A DNA stretch of 64,000 nt from Escherichia coli (lineage in GTDB: Bacteria > Pseudomonadota > Gammaproteobacteria > Enterobacterales > Enterobacteriaceae): assembly GCF_024700885.2 (NCBI RefSeq), contig NZ_CP117016.1, one strand, 5' to 3'. Below, piece by piece: positions 52,728 to 63,993 of this stretch. A program made the translations under genes and the position numbers. A model generated the notes under the pieces. It was not told where the DNA came from. It was given only the letters and a program-made list of their open reading frames with translations, and ran no database searches. Position 1 is the first letter of the stretch. Every line of letters starts with the position of its first letter.

Positions 52728-53882
52728 TCAGACCGCTTTAATGTCGATGGCTTCACCCTGCATCCGTTTACGCAGAGTACGTTTCGTACGGTCGATAACA
52801 TCGCCCGCCAACTGTCCACAGGCAGCATCGATATCATCACCACGAGTTTTACGCACAATAGTGGTGAAACCGTAGCTCATCAGCACTTTTGAGAAACGGT
52901 CGATACGGCTGTTCGAACTGCGTCCATACGGCGCGCCAGGGAACGGGTTCCACGGGATCAGGTTGATCTTACACGGCGTATCTTTCAGTAGCTCCGCCAG
53001 TTGGTGCGCGTGTTCAGTGCCGTCGTTAACGTGGTCAAGCATCACGTATTCAATAGTGACTCGGCCCTGATTGGCGTTGGATTTCTCCAGATAACGGCGC
53101 ACCGCAGCAAGGAACGTTTCGATATTGTACTTTTTGTTGATCGGCACAATTTCGTCACGAATTTCATCGTTCGGCGCGTGCAGGGAAATTGCCAGTGCAA
53201 CGTCGATCATATCGCCCAGTTTATCCAGCGCCGGAACTACACCGGAAGTGGAAAGCGTCACGCGACGTTTAGACAGACCAAAGCCAAAGTCATCCAACAT
53301 GATTTCCATCGCCGGAACGACGTTGTTCAGGTTGAGCAGCGGCTCGCCCATGCCCATCATCACTACGTTAGTGATTGGGCGCTGACCGGTGACTTTTGCT
53401 GCGCCGACAATTTTCGCCGCACGCCACACCTGGCCGATAATTTCCGATACCCGCAGGTTGCGGTTAAAGCCCTGCTGGGCGGTGGAACAGAATTTACACT
53501 CCAGCGCACACCCTACCTGCGAAGAGACGCAGAGCGTGGCACGGTCGTCTTCCGGGATATACACCGTTTCAACGCGCTGATCGCCAACGGCGATCGCCCA
53601 TTTAATGGTGCCGTCAGATGAACGCTGTTCTTCAACCACTTCCGGTGCACGGATTTCCGCCACCTCTTTCAGTTTGCCGCGCAACACTTTATTGATGTCG
53701 GTCATCTCATCAAAGTTGTCGCAGCAATAGTGATACATCCACTTCATCACCTGATCGGCGCGGAAGGGTTTTTCACCTAAATCTTTAAAAAACTCCCGCA
53801 TCTGCTGACGGTTGAGATCCAGCAGGTTGATTTTTCCATCTTTCGTGGTGACGTTTTCAGGTGTGACTAATTGTTCAGACAT
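52728..53882 (-). CDS. rlmN: 23S rRNA/tRNA m2A methyltransferase (radical SAM) RlmN
   Basis: CxxxCxxC radical-SAM motif CALECKFCS; 384 aa. Confidence 0.95.
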
Positions 53883-54031
53883 ATGCTATTCCGGCCTCGT
53901 TATTACACGTTATGGCCCCTGGAGGGTTGAAAAAAGAAACGCCCCGGTGAGCGGCTGCTCGTCCGGGGGCGCTGCATTGTACAAATTCTGGCGCATGGAT
54001 GCCACGTTTGCACGCGGCATTTACGAAATTA

Positions 54032-54463
54032 TTAACGGGTGCGCGGGCACACTTCGCCTTCGCCGAAGAAATAAGCGATTTCGCGAGCGGCAGATTCGAC
54101 GGAATCAGAACCGTGGGTACCGTTTTCGGTCAGGCTGTCAGCGTAATCAGCGCGCAGAGTACCGGCCAGTGCATTTGCCGGATTGGTCGCGCCCAGCAGA
54201 TCGCGGTGACGCTGAACGGCGTTTTCACCTTCCAGCACGGAAACCACGATCGGGCCAGAGGTCATGAATTCAACCAGACCATCAAAGAACGGTTTTCCAT
54301 CGTGTTCAGCATAAAAGCCACGAGCCTGTTCAACGGTCAGGTGCAGCATTTTGGTGCCGACAATTTTGAACCCTGCAGCTTCAAAGCGCGCAAAGATATT
54401 ACCAATGACGTTTTTTGCTACCGCGTTCGGTTTGATGATGGAAAAAGTACGTTCAATAGCCAT
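54032..54463 (-). CDS. ndk: nucleoside diphosphate kinase
   Basis: 143 aa; [15 protein letters not shown] and active-site NGTHGSDS. Confidence 0.97.
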
Positions 54464-54611
54464 TTTTACCTCTGTAAATTGTTCTGTTGTTGTCTGTACC
54501 AGCGTACGAGATGGCGCGGATTATAATGAGCAACAGGGCCGTTGACTATTGATGAAGGTAACATTTTTTTAAAATAAACCTAGTTTAAGCAACAATCAGG
54601 GACAAAACAGA

Positions 54612-56924
54612 CTATTGCATGACAAATTTCACTGTCGCGATTTGCCCCACCTCATCCATCACCAGCAATTGATAATCGCCTTTATCCATCAAATGCAGGG
54701 TCACGTTGCGCCCGCGTTCAGTTAACGGTTCGCCATTCAGAAACCACCAGCGTTCACCTGCCCCTCCACTTGATTGCAACGGCAAAGTCGCTTCCGCTGC
54801 GCCCGGTAAACGTTTAATAATCGCGCCATCGCGAACACCTGTCAGCTGCAGTGGGAGTTGTGCATCGTGACCGTATGGCGGGCAAATTGTCGAGGCCGGT
54901 GGTAAGCGCACAGCGCGGCGTTCTGATGCGGGCAACCAGGGTTCCAGCGGTAGCGGCCAGACATTTATCATTTCTTGTCGCGCTTGCGGGCAATCAGCGG
55001 CAACACGTTTGCCATTTTCATCCAGCCAGATGGGGAAACGAATGCCATTAATGCCTTCCTGCTCCGGCAGTAATAGAGTTGGCGGCTGGCTCCCGTCCAG
55101 CAGCCAGGTTGCCAGGCGGCGGCGACAGTTACCGTCACCTTCCGGCAAAGACTGTCCGCCCGGCCAGCAGATAACACCACGACTTACAGAGTCAGGACGT
55201 GGGTCTTCCGGCAGATTCGCACTGCGCGACAGTAAGATATTATTAACCTGATTCAACAATGGTACGGCGCTGGCAAAGCCAAACTGACCAACAACGGGCG
55301 TGCCGTCCGGTCTGCCAGTCCAGATCCCAATAACATAGCGAGCGTTAACCCCAATCGCCCAGGCGTCACGATAGCCATAGCTGGTGCCCGTTTTCCATGC
55401 CAGTGGGGCGACGCGCGGCAAGGCACTATCCGGCAAGGGTTGCGCTTCATCAGCCATAATCCGGCGGATGATCCACGCAGCCCCCGACGACATTAAAGGC
55501 CGTTCAAGCAGCGGATCGTCAGGCTGTAAGCGCAATTTACCTGCCTTGCCGTGGCGAGCAAACGCGGTATACGCTGCCGCCATATCTTCCAGTTTTGCAC
55601 CAGCGCCGCCGAGAATGAGCGAAAGATTCGGTGCAGCACCGTTGGGCAAATATAGCGGCAATCCAACATTGCGTAACTTTGCCGCAAACCGTTTCGGTCC
55701 ATAGGCTTCCAGCACCTGCACAGCAGGTAAGTTCAGCGAGCGCACCAGCGCCTCACTCATGCTGATCGGGCCATGAAAACCGCTGTCAAAGTTGCCAGGT
55801 CGGTAATCACCGGTGCGCCGGGGTACGTCTTGCAACAGCGATGCCGGGTGGATCAAGCCTTCATCCAGCGCCAGACCATAAACAAACGGTTTGAGCACCG
55901 ATCCTGGCGATCGGATCGCATTGACCATATCAACATGACCAAAGCGTGAATCATCGTTGAGATCAACCGATCCCACCCAGCCGCGAACACGCATATCGGT
56001 ATGATCAACAACGATCATCGCCAGTGAGCTGCGCGGTGGTAATCGTCCTTTCCAGTTTTGCGCCAGTTCTTCCAGACGTCGTTGAAGACCGGCATCCAGC
56101 GTCGTAACGATTTTGTCGCTTTTGCTTTTACCGAGCATCATGCGCGAAAACAGCGGTGCCAGTTGCGGCATTTGTCGGGGTGCCAGCCAGATGGGTTCTT
56201 CCCTTGACTCTTTTACCTGCTCACGGGACCACACACCTTGCACGGCCATCCGTTCGAGCACTTTATTACGCGCGGCTTCGGCACGCTCCGGCCAACGATC
56301 CGGGCGTAGTCGGCTGGGTGCTTGCGGCAAAACCGCCAGCATTGCCGCCTCGGAATAGCTTAAATTCGCAGGCGACTTTCCGAGATAAGCCCAACTTGCC
56401 GCACCGATCCCCTGCAACGTACCGCCAAACGGAGCGCGGTTAAGATACAAGGTCAGAATTTCACGCTTAGGCAGATGCCATTCCAGTTGCAACGCGCGCC
56501 AGAGCTGGCGAATTTTGCCGCCAAATGTTTTGGGGTGAGGATCAAGCAGACGAGCAACCTGCATAGTGAGCGTGCTGCCACCGGAAATAACCCGTCCCGA
56601 AGTGAGATCTTGCCATGCTGCGCGCGCCACCGAGAATGGATTCACCCCCGGATGCTTCCAGAACCAGCGATCTTCATAATTGATCAGCGCTTCAAGGTAA
56701 CGTGGAGAAACATCTTCGATTGTTACCGGATAACGCCAGATGCCGTCAGCATCGGCGAAGCGCCAGAGCGGCGTCCCATCCTGAGCCACAACCACTCGTG
56801 CGGGATTGACTTCATGCAGCGGTAGAGGCCAGAGTTTATCTGCTCCCCACGCTGCAAGAAAAAGGAGAAAGGGCGCGGCTGCCAGCGTTATCCAGCAGCC
56901 GCGTTTGGTTAACAGGCGAGGCAT
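54612..56924 (-). CDS. pbpC: penicillin-binding protein 1C (peptidoglycan glycosyltransferase)
   Basis: 770 aa; glycosyltransferase and transpeptidase-like domains; synteny with yfhM. Confidence 0.95.
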   Translation of the reverse strand: MPRLLTKRGCWITLAAAPFLLFLAAWGADKLWPLPLHEVNPARVVVAQDGTPLWRFADADGIWRYPVTIEDVSPRYLEALINYEDRWFWKHPGVNPFSVARAAWQDLTSGRVISGGSTLTMQVARLLDPHPKTFGGKIRQLWRALQLEWHLPKREILTLYLNRAPFGGTLQGIGAASWAYLGKSPANLSYSEAAMLAVLPQAPSRLRPDRWPERAEAARNKVLERMAVQGVWSREQVKESREEPIWLAPRQMPQLAPLFSRMMLGKSKSDKIVTTLDAGLQRRLEELAQNWKGRLPPRSSLAMIVVDHTDMRVRGWVGSVDLNDDSRFGHVDMVNAIRSPGSVLKPFVYGLALDEGLIHPASLLQDVPRRTGDYRPGNFDSGFHGPISMSEALVRSLNLPAVQVLEAYGPKRFAAKLRNVGLPLYLPNGAAPNLSLILGGAGAKLEDMAAAYTAFARHGKAGKLRLQPDDPLLERPLMSSGAAWIIRRIMADEAQPLPDSALPRVAPLAWKTGTSYGYRDAWAIGVNARYVIGIWTGRPDGTPVVGQFGFASAVPLLNQVNNILLSRSANLPEDPRPDSVSRGVICWPGGQSLPEGDGNCRRRLATWLLDGSQPPTLLLPEQEGINGIRFPIWLDENGKRVAADCPQARQEMINVWPLPLEPWLPASERRAVRLPPASTICPPYGHDAQLPLQLTGVRDGAIIKRLPGAAEATLPLQSSGGAGERWWFLNGEPLTERGRNVTLHLMDKGDYQLLVMDEVGQIATVKFVMQ

Positions 56925-59900
56925 TTACGGTCTGACAATCAGCAAATCTTCAGCCGCGCCGGTCGCCCGCCATTGGGGAACATACATTGATTCCACCATC
57001 GGTTGCGGTACCTGATACGTTCCCGGCGTCACCGCCCGCGCCAGATACACCAGCGTTACCGGTTGGTATTCATCAACGGCAACCGCCGCCACAAAGCGAT
57101 CGTCACGGAACTCAATGTGCTTAATGCTCGCCTGCTGCATCTGGTTCAGTAAGTTTTGCACTTCGCCACCACTTTGCTCCAGGCTGGCGCTACCGTTCGC
57201 CAGATTCTGGTTTTCCAGTTCCAGACCCGCAGGCAGCAGATCCACGACTAACGCATCCGGCACGCTGTTACTGGCTTTAACCTGCAACCAGACCAGCACC
57301 AGATCGCCGCTACGTAACGAGTCCAGCGATTTGCTCTTACCATCAGTACCAAGAATATGACGCTCGATTTGCAGCACATTGTTCGCCGGTAAAGGTGCGG
57401 ATTGCGGATAACCGTTGGCATCCACACGCAGCCATAACGGCTGATCGCCACTGTTGGTCACCTGCAAGGTGGCAAGTTGATCGCTATTCAGATTGCTGTT
57501 TTGCGCTTTCTCGCCTGTCAGCGGCTCAGCTGAGAAAGAGGTTTGCGCCTGCCATTTACCCGGTAAATCCTGGATCGTACGGGCAGCCATGAACAACGCG
57601 TTGCTTTCCTGCGTCGATAGCCAGCGTTCACCAAACGCCTGCTGCGAAAGCGTGTTCAGCAAAGTGTTTTGCTCATCGGGTAGCAGTTTATTTTCTTCCA
57701 GCAAGGAGAGCATTAACGCGTTGTCGCGCAGTGGGCTACCGTAATCACCCAGCCATTTCCGCTCATCATTACGCGGCGTTTTCAGCGCCAGCGCAATCGC
57801 TTCTTCACTACGCGTCGCATCCCCCATGGTTTTCAGCGCAACGCCAAGTTGCAGCAGCGGTAATCCAGACGCAGCATCTGCACGATGCTCCCAGATTTCA
57901 CGCAGCGCACCCAGTGGTGCTTTTTGCTGACGGGCCAGCACCAGCGCAGCGTAAGACTGTACGGCGAATTTACTGGCTTTGAGATTATCCGCGTACGGGA
58001 TCGACATCATGCCCGGATCTTGTAAATAGCGCAGCAGACGCTCATTTCCCCGGTTAATGACGTCTGTCGGCACGCTGTAACCCTGCTCACCTGCGCGGAC
58101 CAGGAAATCCATCACGTAAGCCGTCAGCCAGTACTCTTCGTCACCGTTTTTATCCCACAGCGCAAAGCCGCCGTTATCACGTTGCATTTGCAGCAAACGG
58201 GAAATGCCGATATCGACCGATGCACGGCGCTTCTCATCACTGTCGCCTTTGATGCCCAACGCCTGCAGTTGGGCTGCGTTGGTATAAAGTGACGGGAACA
58301 GGCCGCTGGCGGTTTGCTCAAGACAGCCGTACGGATACGCTTTTAACTCTTTGATATAACGTGCGATGTTCAGCGGTGGTTTGCCGCTCAACAACAATTG
58401 CCCTTCCAGTGTAACAGGCGAGAAGTTTTGCAATCCATCCGCCGGAATCGCCCATGTCTCACCAGGCTGCAACGCCGTACCGTAATTAACCGTTTGTGCC
58501 GGGAACGCCGGACGGACGCCGATTTTCCACTGCTTATGCTGATCGGCAACGGTTTCACCCGGTAACGCTAACCCGCTAATGGTGGCCTGAATTTCTCCAT
58601 CGCCATAACCCGGCAATGCTCGCACCGGGATAAACAGCGTAGTACGCACACCTGGCGCTAATTCAACGGCTGCGGGTGAAACGCTGACCAGTTCAAGCAA
58701 ACCACTGGCGGTCAGGGCAACGTTCAGTTTTTGCGGTTTATCGGTAAGATTAGTGATATCCAGCGTCAGACGCGAGGTATCGCCACTCGCCATAAAGCGC
58801 GGCATGTTCAGTTCAGCAATCACCGGTGCGGCAACTATCACTTTGCTTTCGTTGCTACCGAAGTCATCTGCCGTCCAGGCTTGCGCCATGACGCGTAGTT
58901 CACCGTTAAAATCGCCAATCGGCAGTGTAACCGAGCCTTCGCCCTGTTCGTTGAGCGTTACCGGCAGCGCCTGCTGCGCGACAATATTGACGTGATTGAC
59001 CGGCGGTTTACCACCACGTTTCAGCTCATCACCATCGCCACCAAAACGCAGAGCTGCCAGACGCCCCTGACCTTCAATGACCTGACCGTAAATATCGTAA
59101 ATGTCTGCACCATAGCGTTTCTGACCAAAGAACGCCTGCCACGGATCGGGGGTAACGTAATCAGTAATATTCAGCACACCGCTATCAACGGCAGACACCA
59201 GCACATTCACCTGTTTTGGCATCTCACCATTTTTATTGCTGGCTTTAATTTTCACGGTTAATGGCTGATTGGGGCGCATTTTGGTGGGGGTTTCCAGCGC
59301 CAGATCGAGACGACGGTTTTCATCGCCAAGCGGCAGATGCAACACCCCAACTGCGCGTTTTGGCGTCGCAGAGCGAGATTTATCGCCAGGACGTACCACC
59401 AGCGTACTTAAATACAAATCATGACGATTCCAGGTTTTATCGACCGGAATCGTCAGATCCAGCCCTTGAGCCGGAACATCAATCTCTTGCCACCACAGCG
59501 GCCCTTCACTGGACTCGACCATCGCATAACCTTTACCCGCCGTTGGCGCGGCGATATGCAACTTAATGGTGTCGCCAGGGCGATAACTGGCTTTATCCAG
59601 TTTCAGCGTGACACGGTCCGGACGCACTGCGCCGCTCCCGTCGCTGTTGTCCTGCCAGCTATAGCCAGCCCAGAAACGCACACTACTGACCGCTTCATTC
59701 GGCGCTTTGACTTCCAGACGATAAGCGCCCCACTCTACCGGGAAACTGACCTTGCCGGTTTCGTCCGCTTTCAGATCCAGAGTTTGTTCATTTTCAATCA
59801 GATCTTTTTGATCAAACTGTGATTGCCAGCCTTCATCTTCTGACCAGTTCCAGTAGTAATCGCGGCGTTCGCGAATCAGGCGCACCTGCAAGCCCGACAC

Positions 59901-61883
59901 GGCTTTTTTCACGCCTTGCGCATCGCTATAAACGATGTCAAAAGCGGCGTTACTGCCTTCATCAACAATGGGCTGTTTCACCGTGCTGTCAGTGCGATAA
60001 TCGTAAACCGATTTCGAGGCGAACTGCGGACGGATCCCCGGCAATGCATCGGCAGGCCAGATAGCCTGCTCAGCGCGGCGCGTCACCGGGCGACCGCCCG
60101 ATTCCAACAAACTACCCTGGAAAATAACCTGTAATGGGGAATGCGTTTCCTTCCACTGGCTTTCTGTAGAAACTTCGCCACGCCCTTTATCATCCAGCGT
60201 CAACTGAACTTCATCCAGCGTGCGGGAAAGATTTTCGGCAGCTATATCGCCGAATTCGAAACCAGGTAAGGCTGACACAGCTTCACGCAGTGGGCGCAGG
60301 AAAAGTTGCCCTTGCAAAGTATTACCATTAGCAGGCGCACCATACAGGTAGTACCCCACCACGGAAAATCTCACTTCATCTTTCGGCGTTAGCGGGGTTT
60401 TCTCACCAGTCAGATTCAGCGCCATGCGCTCTGGCATAAAATCTTCGACGTGGAAATCCCACATCCGGTACTGGTTATCGCCCGTGTTAGCGCGAATATG
60501 CCACATACCGGTTGCCGCATTGCTATCGAGTGGCCAGGTAAAGTGGTAGAGGCCATTCTCCGGCTGACTAACGACGCTCCTGAGTACCTGCCCGTCGGGT
60601 TTAATCACGTCTAACTTGATGGGTTGATCGGGCAATGCTTTACCATCTGCATCACGCAATAAACCATTGAGGATAACTGTTTCACCAGGGCGATAAAGAT
60701 CGCGCGGGCCAAACATGAAAAACTGTTTGCTATAGCCTGGCGCGCCAGCAATGATAAATTCTGCTAAGTCCAGCGCCGGAAGTTTTAAATCGAGTAGCGT
60801 TGTCTGACCGTCTTTACGCGCCAGCAGTAATGCCGCGTTTTTATCATTTTCCAGCTGCACATGCCCCTGAGCATCACTGGTTGCCTGAGTCAGAGTCTGC
60901 CCTTTCTCATTTAATAAAGAGACTTCTATTCCTTGCTGGGCCGCGCCGTTTTCCAGACTTTGGGTAAAGATATCCAGACGATTGTGATAACGGTGAGCTG
61001 AAACGCCGATATCACTTAACGTAAACAGCGTCGCGGGATTACTGTAATCGTAACGTCCAGCCTGATTCATCACAGCCAGGTACACGCCTGCCTGCTGAAG
61101 CGGTTTGATATCGCCCAACGGCAGCAATAATTTTTCACGGGTGTTACGCGCAGGATTGAGATCAAACCGTCCGGTGTAGACCAGATCCGCCATCTGCAGC
61201 AGTTTGTCAGACTGCCAGTTCGCCAGCGAATTGCGGTATTCCCATTGGCTAATGAATGCTGGCAGAGATTCTGGCTTAACACGGAAGAAGTTAACATCGA
61301 CATTATTAACATTGAGCGCCATTACCGGCAGCCCTTCAATAACTTTACCAGGTAACAACGAGCCACGGCTGGCAAAACCGACGCTGGGTTGGATATCGCG
61401 GGTAGTTATAGTTTTTTCGTAATCTTTACTGAAGGTTGCGTTGTTGAGTGCTTTGACCTCCTTGCCAATAGTGACGATCAAATCACGTTTCGGTTCGAGG
61501 TGGCGTAAACGCAACTCTTTAAGATTATCTGACAGCTCCCAGGCACCATCCACTTTGCCGCTTTTCTTATCGACGACATGGATAACGCGTGAGAAATCCT
61601 GATCCGGGTCGAGAGGGATGGAGAACGTCAGCACCAGCGTGGCTGCGCCATCAAGTTGAACTTCAGAGAGATCCAGCAATGTCAGCGCCTTACCGGCACT
61701 CTGTTGTGCCAGTTTTTGTCGCTCCGGCACGGAGAGTTTTGCTGAACTCGCGTTTTCTGAAGAGACCGCTTTAGTAACTTCAGAAGGCGCATCTTTTTTC
61801 ACCGCTGTTGGCGCGTTATCGTTGTTGTCGCACCCTGCCAGCGCCAGCATTAGCATGCAGGCGGCTACGCGTAACTTTTTCAT
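56925..61883 (-). CDS. yfhM: alpha-2-macroglobulin family lipoprotein YfhM
   Basis: 1652 aa; lipobox LAGC; thioester motif CLEQ. Confidence 0.95.
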   Translation of the reverse strand: MKKLRVAACMLMLALAGCDNNDNAPTAVKKDAPSEVTKAVSSENASSAKLSVPERQKLAQQSAGKALTLLDLSEVQLDGAATLVLTFSIPLDPDQDFSRVIHVVDKKSGKVDGAWELSDNLKELRLRHLEPKRDLIVTIGKEVKALNNATFSKDYEKTITTRDIQPSVGFASRGSLLPGKVIEGLPVMALNVNNVDVNFFRVKPESLPAFISQWEYRNSLANWQSDKLLQMADLVYTGRFDLNPARNTREKLLLPLGDIKPLQQAGVYLAVMNQAGRYDYSNPATLFTLSDIGVSAHRYHNRLDIFTQSLENGAAQQGIEVSLLNEKGQTLTQATSDAQGHVQLENDKNAALLLARKDGQTTLLDLKLPALDLAEFIIAGAPGYSKQFFMFGPRDLYRPGETVILNGLLRDADGKALPDQPIKLDVIKPDGQVLRSVVSQPENGLYHFTWPLDSNAATGMWHIRANTGDNQYRMWDFHVEDFMPERMALNLTGEKTPLTPKDEVRFSVVGYYLYGAPANGNTLQGQLFLRPLREAVSALPGFEFGDIAAENLSRTLDEVQLTLDDKGRGEVSTESQWKETHSPLQVIFQGSLLESGGRPVTRRAEQAIWPADALPGIRPQFASKSVYDYRTDSTVKQPIVDEGSNAAFDIVYSDAQGVKKAVSGLQVRLIRERRDYYWNWSEDEGWQSQFDQKDLIENEQTLDLKADETGKVSFPVEWGAYRLEVKAPNEAVSSVRFWAGYSWQDNSDGSGAVRPDRVTLKLDKASYRPGDTIKLHIAAPTAGKGYAMVESSEGPLWWQEIDVPAQGLDLTIPVDKTWNRHDLYLSTLVVRPGDKSRSATPKRAVGVLHLPLGDENRRLDLALETPTKMRPNQPLTVKIKASNKNGEMPKQVNVLVSAVDSGVLNITDYVTPDPWQAFFGQKRYGADIYDIYGQVIEGQGRLAALRFGGDGDELKRGGKPPVNHVNIVAQQALPVTLNEQGEGSVTLPIGDFNGELRVMAQAWTADDFGSNESKVIVAAPVIAELNMPRFMASGDTSRLTLDITNLTDKPQKLNVALTASGLLELVSVSPAAVELAPGVRTTLFIPVRALPGYGDGEIQATISGLALPGETVADQHKQWKIGVRPAFPAQTVNYGTALQPGETWAIPADGLQNFSPVTLEGQLLLSGKPPLNIARYIKELKAYPYGCLEQTASGLFPSLYTNAAQLQALGIKGDSDEKRRASVDIGISRLLQMQRDNGGFALWDKNGDEEYWLTAYVMDFLVRAGEQGYSVPTDVINRGNERLLRYLQDPGMMSIPYADNLKASKFAVQSYAALVLARQQKAPLGALREIWEHRADAASGLPLLQLGVALKTMGDATRSEEAIALALKTPRNDERKWLGDYGSPLRDNALMLSLLEENKLLPDEQNTLLNTLSQQAFGERWLSTQESNALFMAARTIQDLPGKWQAQTSFSAEPLTGEKAQNSNLNSDQLATLQVTNSGDQPLWLRVDANGYPQSAPLPANNVLQIERHILGTDGKSKSLDSLRSGDLVLVWLQVKASNSVPDALVVDLLPAGLELENQNLANGSASLEQSGGEVQNLLNQMQQASIKHIEFRDDRFVAAVAVDEYQPVTLVYLARAVTPGTYQVPQPMVESMYVPQWRATGAAEDLLIVRP

Positions 61884-62089
61884 TTTTCATCCCTGCCACA
61901 ATGGCCCGTTAGCAACGTCGAATAATTATTATGCGTGAGAATTTACGTTATGTAATTCAGTATCACGCCCATACAATCCGAATTTTAGTGAGAATTGTGG
62001 CTCAGACAGCCAAATCAGCCTCTTTTGCTTGTCGCTTTTCACTAAACATCCGACAATTTAGCCTAACCCCGGCAAAAATGGAGATGCCT

Positions 62090-62935
62090 ATGTCCACGAC
62101 ATGGTTTGTAGGAGCCGACTGGCTCGCCGAACATATTGATGACCCGGAAATTCAGATTATCGATGCCCGCATGGCGTCGCCTGGACAGGAAGATCGTAAC
62201 GTTGCTCAGGAGTATCTGAATGGACATATTCCCGGCGCAGTGTTTTTTGATATAGAAGCGCTTTCTGATCACACTTCCCCGCTTCCGCACATGCTGCCGC
62301 GCCCGGAAACGTTCGCCGTGGCGATGCGTGAATTAGGCGTTAACCAGGACAAGCACCTGATTGTCTATGACGAAGGTAATCTTTTCTCAGCCCCACGAGC
62401 ATGGTGGATGCTGCGCACCTTTGGTGTAGAGAAAGTGTCGATTCTGGGTGGTGGACTTGCAGGCTGGCAGCGCGATGATCTGCTGTTAGAAGAAGGTGCA
62501 GTAGAGCTGCCGGAAGGAGAGTTTAACGCCACGTTTAATCCTGAAGCCGTGGTGAAAGTCACCGATGTGTTATTGGCAAGCCATGAAAATACGGCGCAAA
62601 TTATTGATGCCCGCCCGGCTGCACGTTTTAACGCAGAAGTTGATGAACCTCGCCCAGGTTTACGTCGCGGACATATTCCCGGTGCATTGAACGTTCCGTG
62701 GACGGAACTGGTGCGCGAAGGCGAACTAAAAACGACCGATGAACTGGATGCTATATTTTTTGGTCGCGGCGTCAGCTATGACAAACCGATTATCGTCAGC
62801 TGCGGCTCTGGTGTAACGGCAGCCGTGGTTTTGTTGGCACTCGCGACGCTGGATGTGCCAAACGTGAAAATGTACGACGGCGCATGGAGTGAATGGGGCG
62901 CACGGGCAGATTTACCGGTTGAGCCAGTGAAATAA
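62090..62935 (+). CDS. sseA: 3-mercaptopyruvate sulfurtransferase
   Basis: Tandem rhodanese domains, active-site CGSGVTA; start at MSTTWFVGADW (281 aa). Confidence 0.9.
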   Translation: MSTTWFVGADWLAEHIDDPEIQIIDARMASPGQEDRNVAQEYLNGHIPGAVFFDIEALSDHTSPLPHMLPRPETFAVAMRELGVNQDKHLIVYDEGNLFSAPRAWWMLRTFGVEKVSILGGGLAGWQRDDLLLEEGAVELPEGEFNATFNPEAVVKVTDVLLASHENTAQIIDARPAARFNAEVDEPRPGLRRGHIPGALNVPWTELVREGELKTTDELDAIFFGRGVSYDKPIIVSCGSGVTAAVVLLALATLDVPNVKMYDGAWSEWGARADLPVEPVK

Positions 62936-62954
62936 GCTTTTTACAGGCAATAAA

Positions 62955-62982
62955 AAACCGCCGAATTTGGCGGTTTTTTATT
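62955..62982 (+). terminator. rho-independent terminator after sseA
   Basis: ACCGCC-gaattt-GGCGGT followed by T-run. Confidence 0.6.
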
Positions 62983-63694
62983 GTGCACAGAAAACCCCCA
63001 GCTAGGCTGGGGGTTCCGGAAAGCTTTCAGCTTTGAGCCAGTTATTAAAACCCCTTTTGATTTGTTAAAACACCTTGCGGTCTGGCAACTGCAAGTGTCA
63101 AACAAGAAATCAAAAGGGGGTCCCAATGGGGGACGAAAAGAGCTTAGCGTACACCCGCTGGAACTGTAAATATCACATAGTTTTTGCGCCGAAATACCGA
63201 AGACTGGCGTTTTACGGAGAGAAGCGTAGGGCGATAGGCAGTATTTTGAGAAAGCTGTGTGAGTGGAAAAGCGTACGGATTCTGGAAGCAGAGTGCTGCG
63301 CAGATCATATCCATATGCTTGTGGAAATCCCACCCAAAATGAGCGTATCCGGCGTTATGGGATATCTGAAAGGGAAAAGCAGTCTGATGCTTTACGAGCA
63401 GTTTGGGGATTTGAAATTCAAATACAGAAACAGGGAGTTCTGGTGCCGAGGGTACTATGTCGATACGGTGGGTAAGAACACGGCGAAGATACAGGACTAC
63501 ATAAAGCACCAGCTTGAAGAGGATAAAATGGGGGAGCAGTTATCGATTCCATATCCGGGCAGCCCGTTTACGGGCCGTAAGTAACGAAGTTGAATGCAAA
63601 TGTCAGATCGTATGCGCCTGTTAGGGCGCGGCTGGTAACAGAGCCTTACAGGCGCATTTGAAAAACCTCCGGCTATGCCGGAGGATATTTATTT
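62983..63694 (+). mobile_element. IS200 insertion sequence (boundaries approximate)
   Basis: Left-end hairpin AAACCCCCAGC/GCTGGGGGTT, tnpA ORF, right-end hairpin CCTCCGGC/GCCGGAGG; ~710 bp. Confidence 0.7.
63126..63584 (+). CDS. tnpA: IS200 transposase TnpA (Y1 HUH family)
   Basis: MGDEKSLAYTRWNCKYHIVFAPKYRR and HIHMLVEIPPK motifs, ~152 aa. Confidence 0.9.
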   Translation: MGDEKSLAYTRWNCKYHIVFAPKYRRLAFYGEKRRAIGSILRKLCEWKSVRILEAECCADHIHMLVEIPPKMSVSGVMGYLKGKSSLMLYEQFGDLKFKYRNREFWCRGYYVDTVGKNTAKIQDYIKHQLEEDKMGEQLSIPYPGSPFTGRK

Positions 63695-63726
63695 GCTGGT
63701 CTGGTTCGCGGCCTTTCCAGCAGGTT
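63695..63726. repeat. 32-bp repeat GCTGGTCTGGTTCGCGGCCTTTCCAGCAGGTT (copy 1)
   Basis: 31/32 identical to 63962-63993; both preceded by a hairpin. Confidence 0.6.
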
Positions 63727-63961
63727 GTATTACTGCAAGTGTATCTCGTCTACTCAATACTCGCTTTATGCATCAACGATGTCAAGTAGATAAAAAAGGA
63801 TAGATTTTGAATTCATTTGGCTTATCAGTCCGAATTCAGACAAATATAAACAAATCCCGCTTAATATTAAAATATACTAACTGGTAAAAGATATTACTTA
63901 AACGTGTAATTTCACTTTCTTTAAACAACAAAAAACCGCCAAAATCAGGCGGTTTTTTGTT

Positions 63962-63993
63962 GCTGGTTTGGTTCGCGGCCTTTCCAGCAGGTT
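63962..63993. repeat. 32-bp repeat (copy 2), preceded by hairpin AACCGCC-aaaatca-GGCGGTT
   Basis: Second copy of the hairpin plus 32-bp unit; window ends shortly after. Confidence 0.6.
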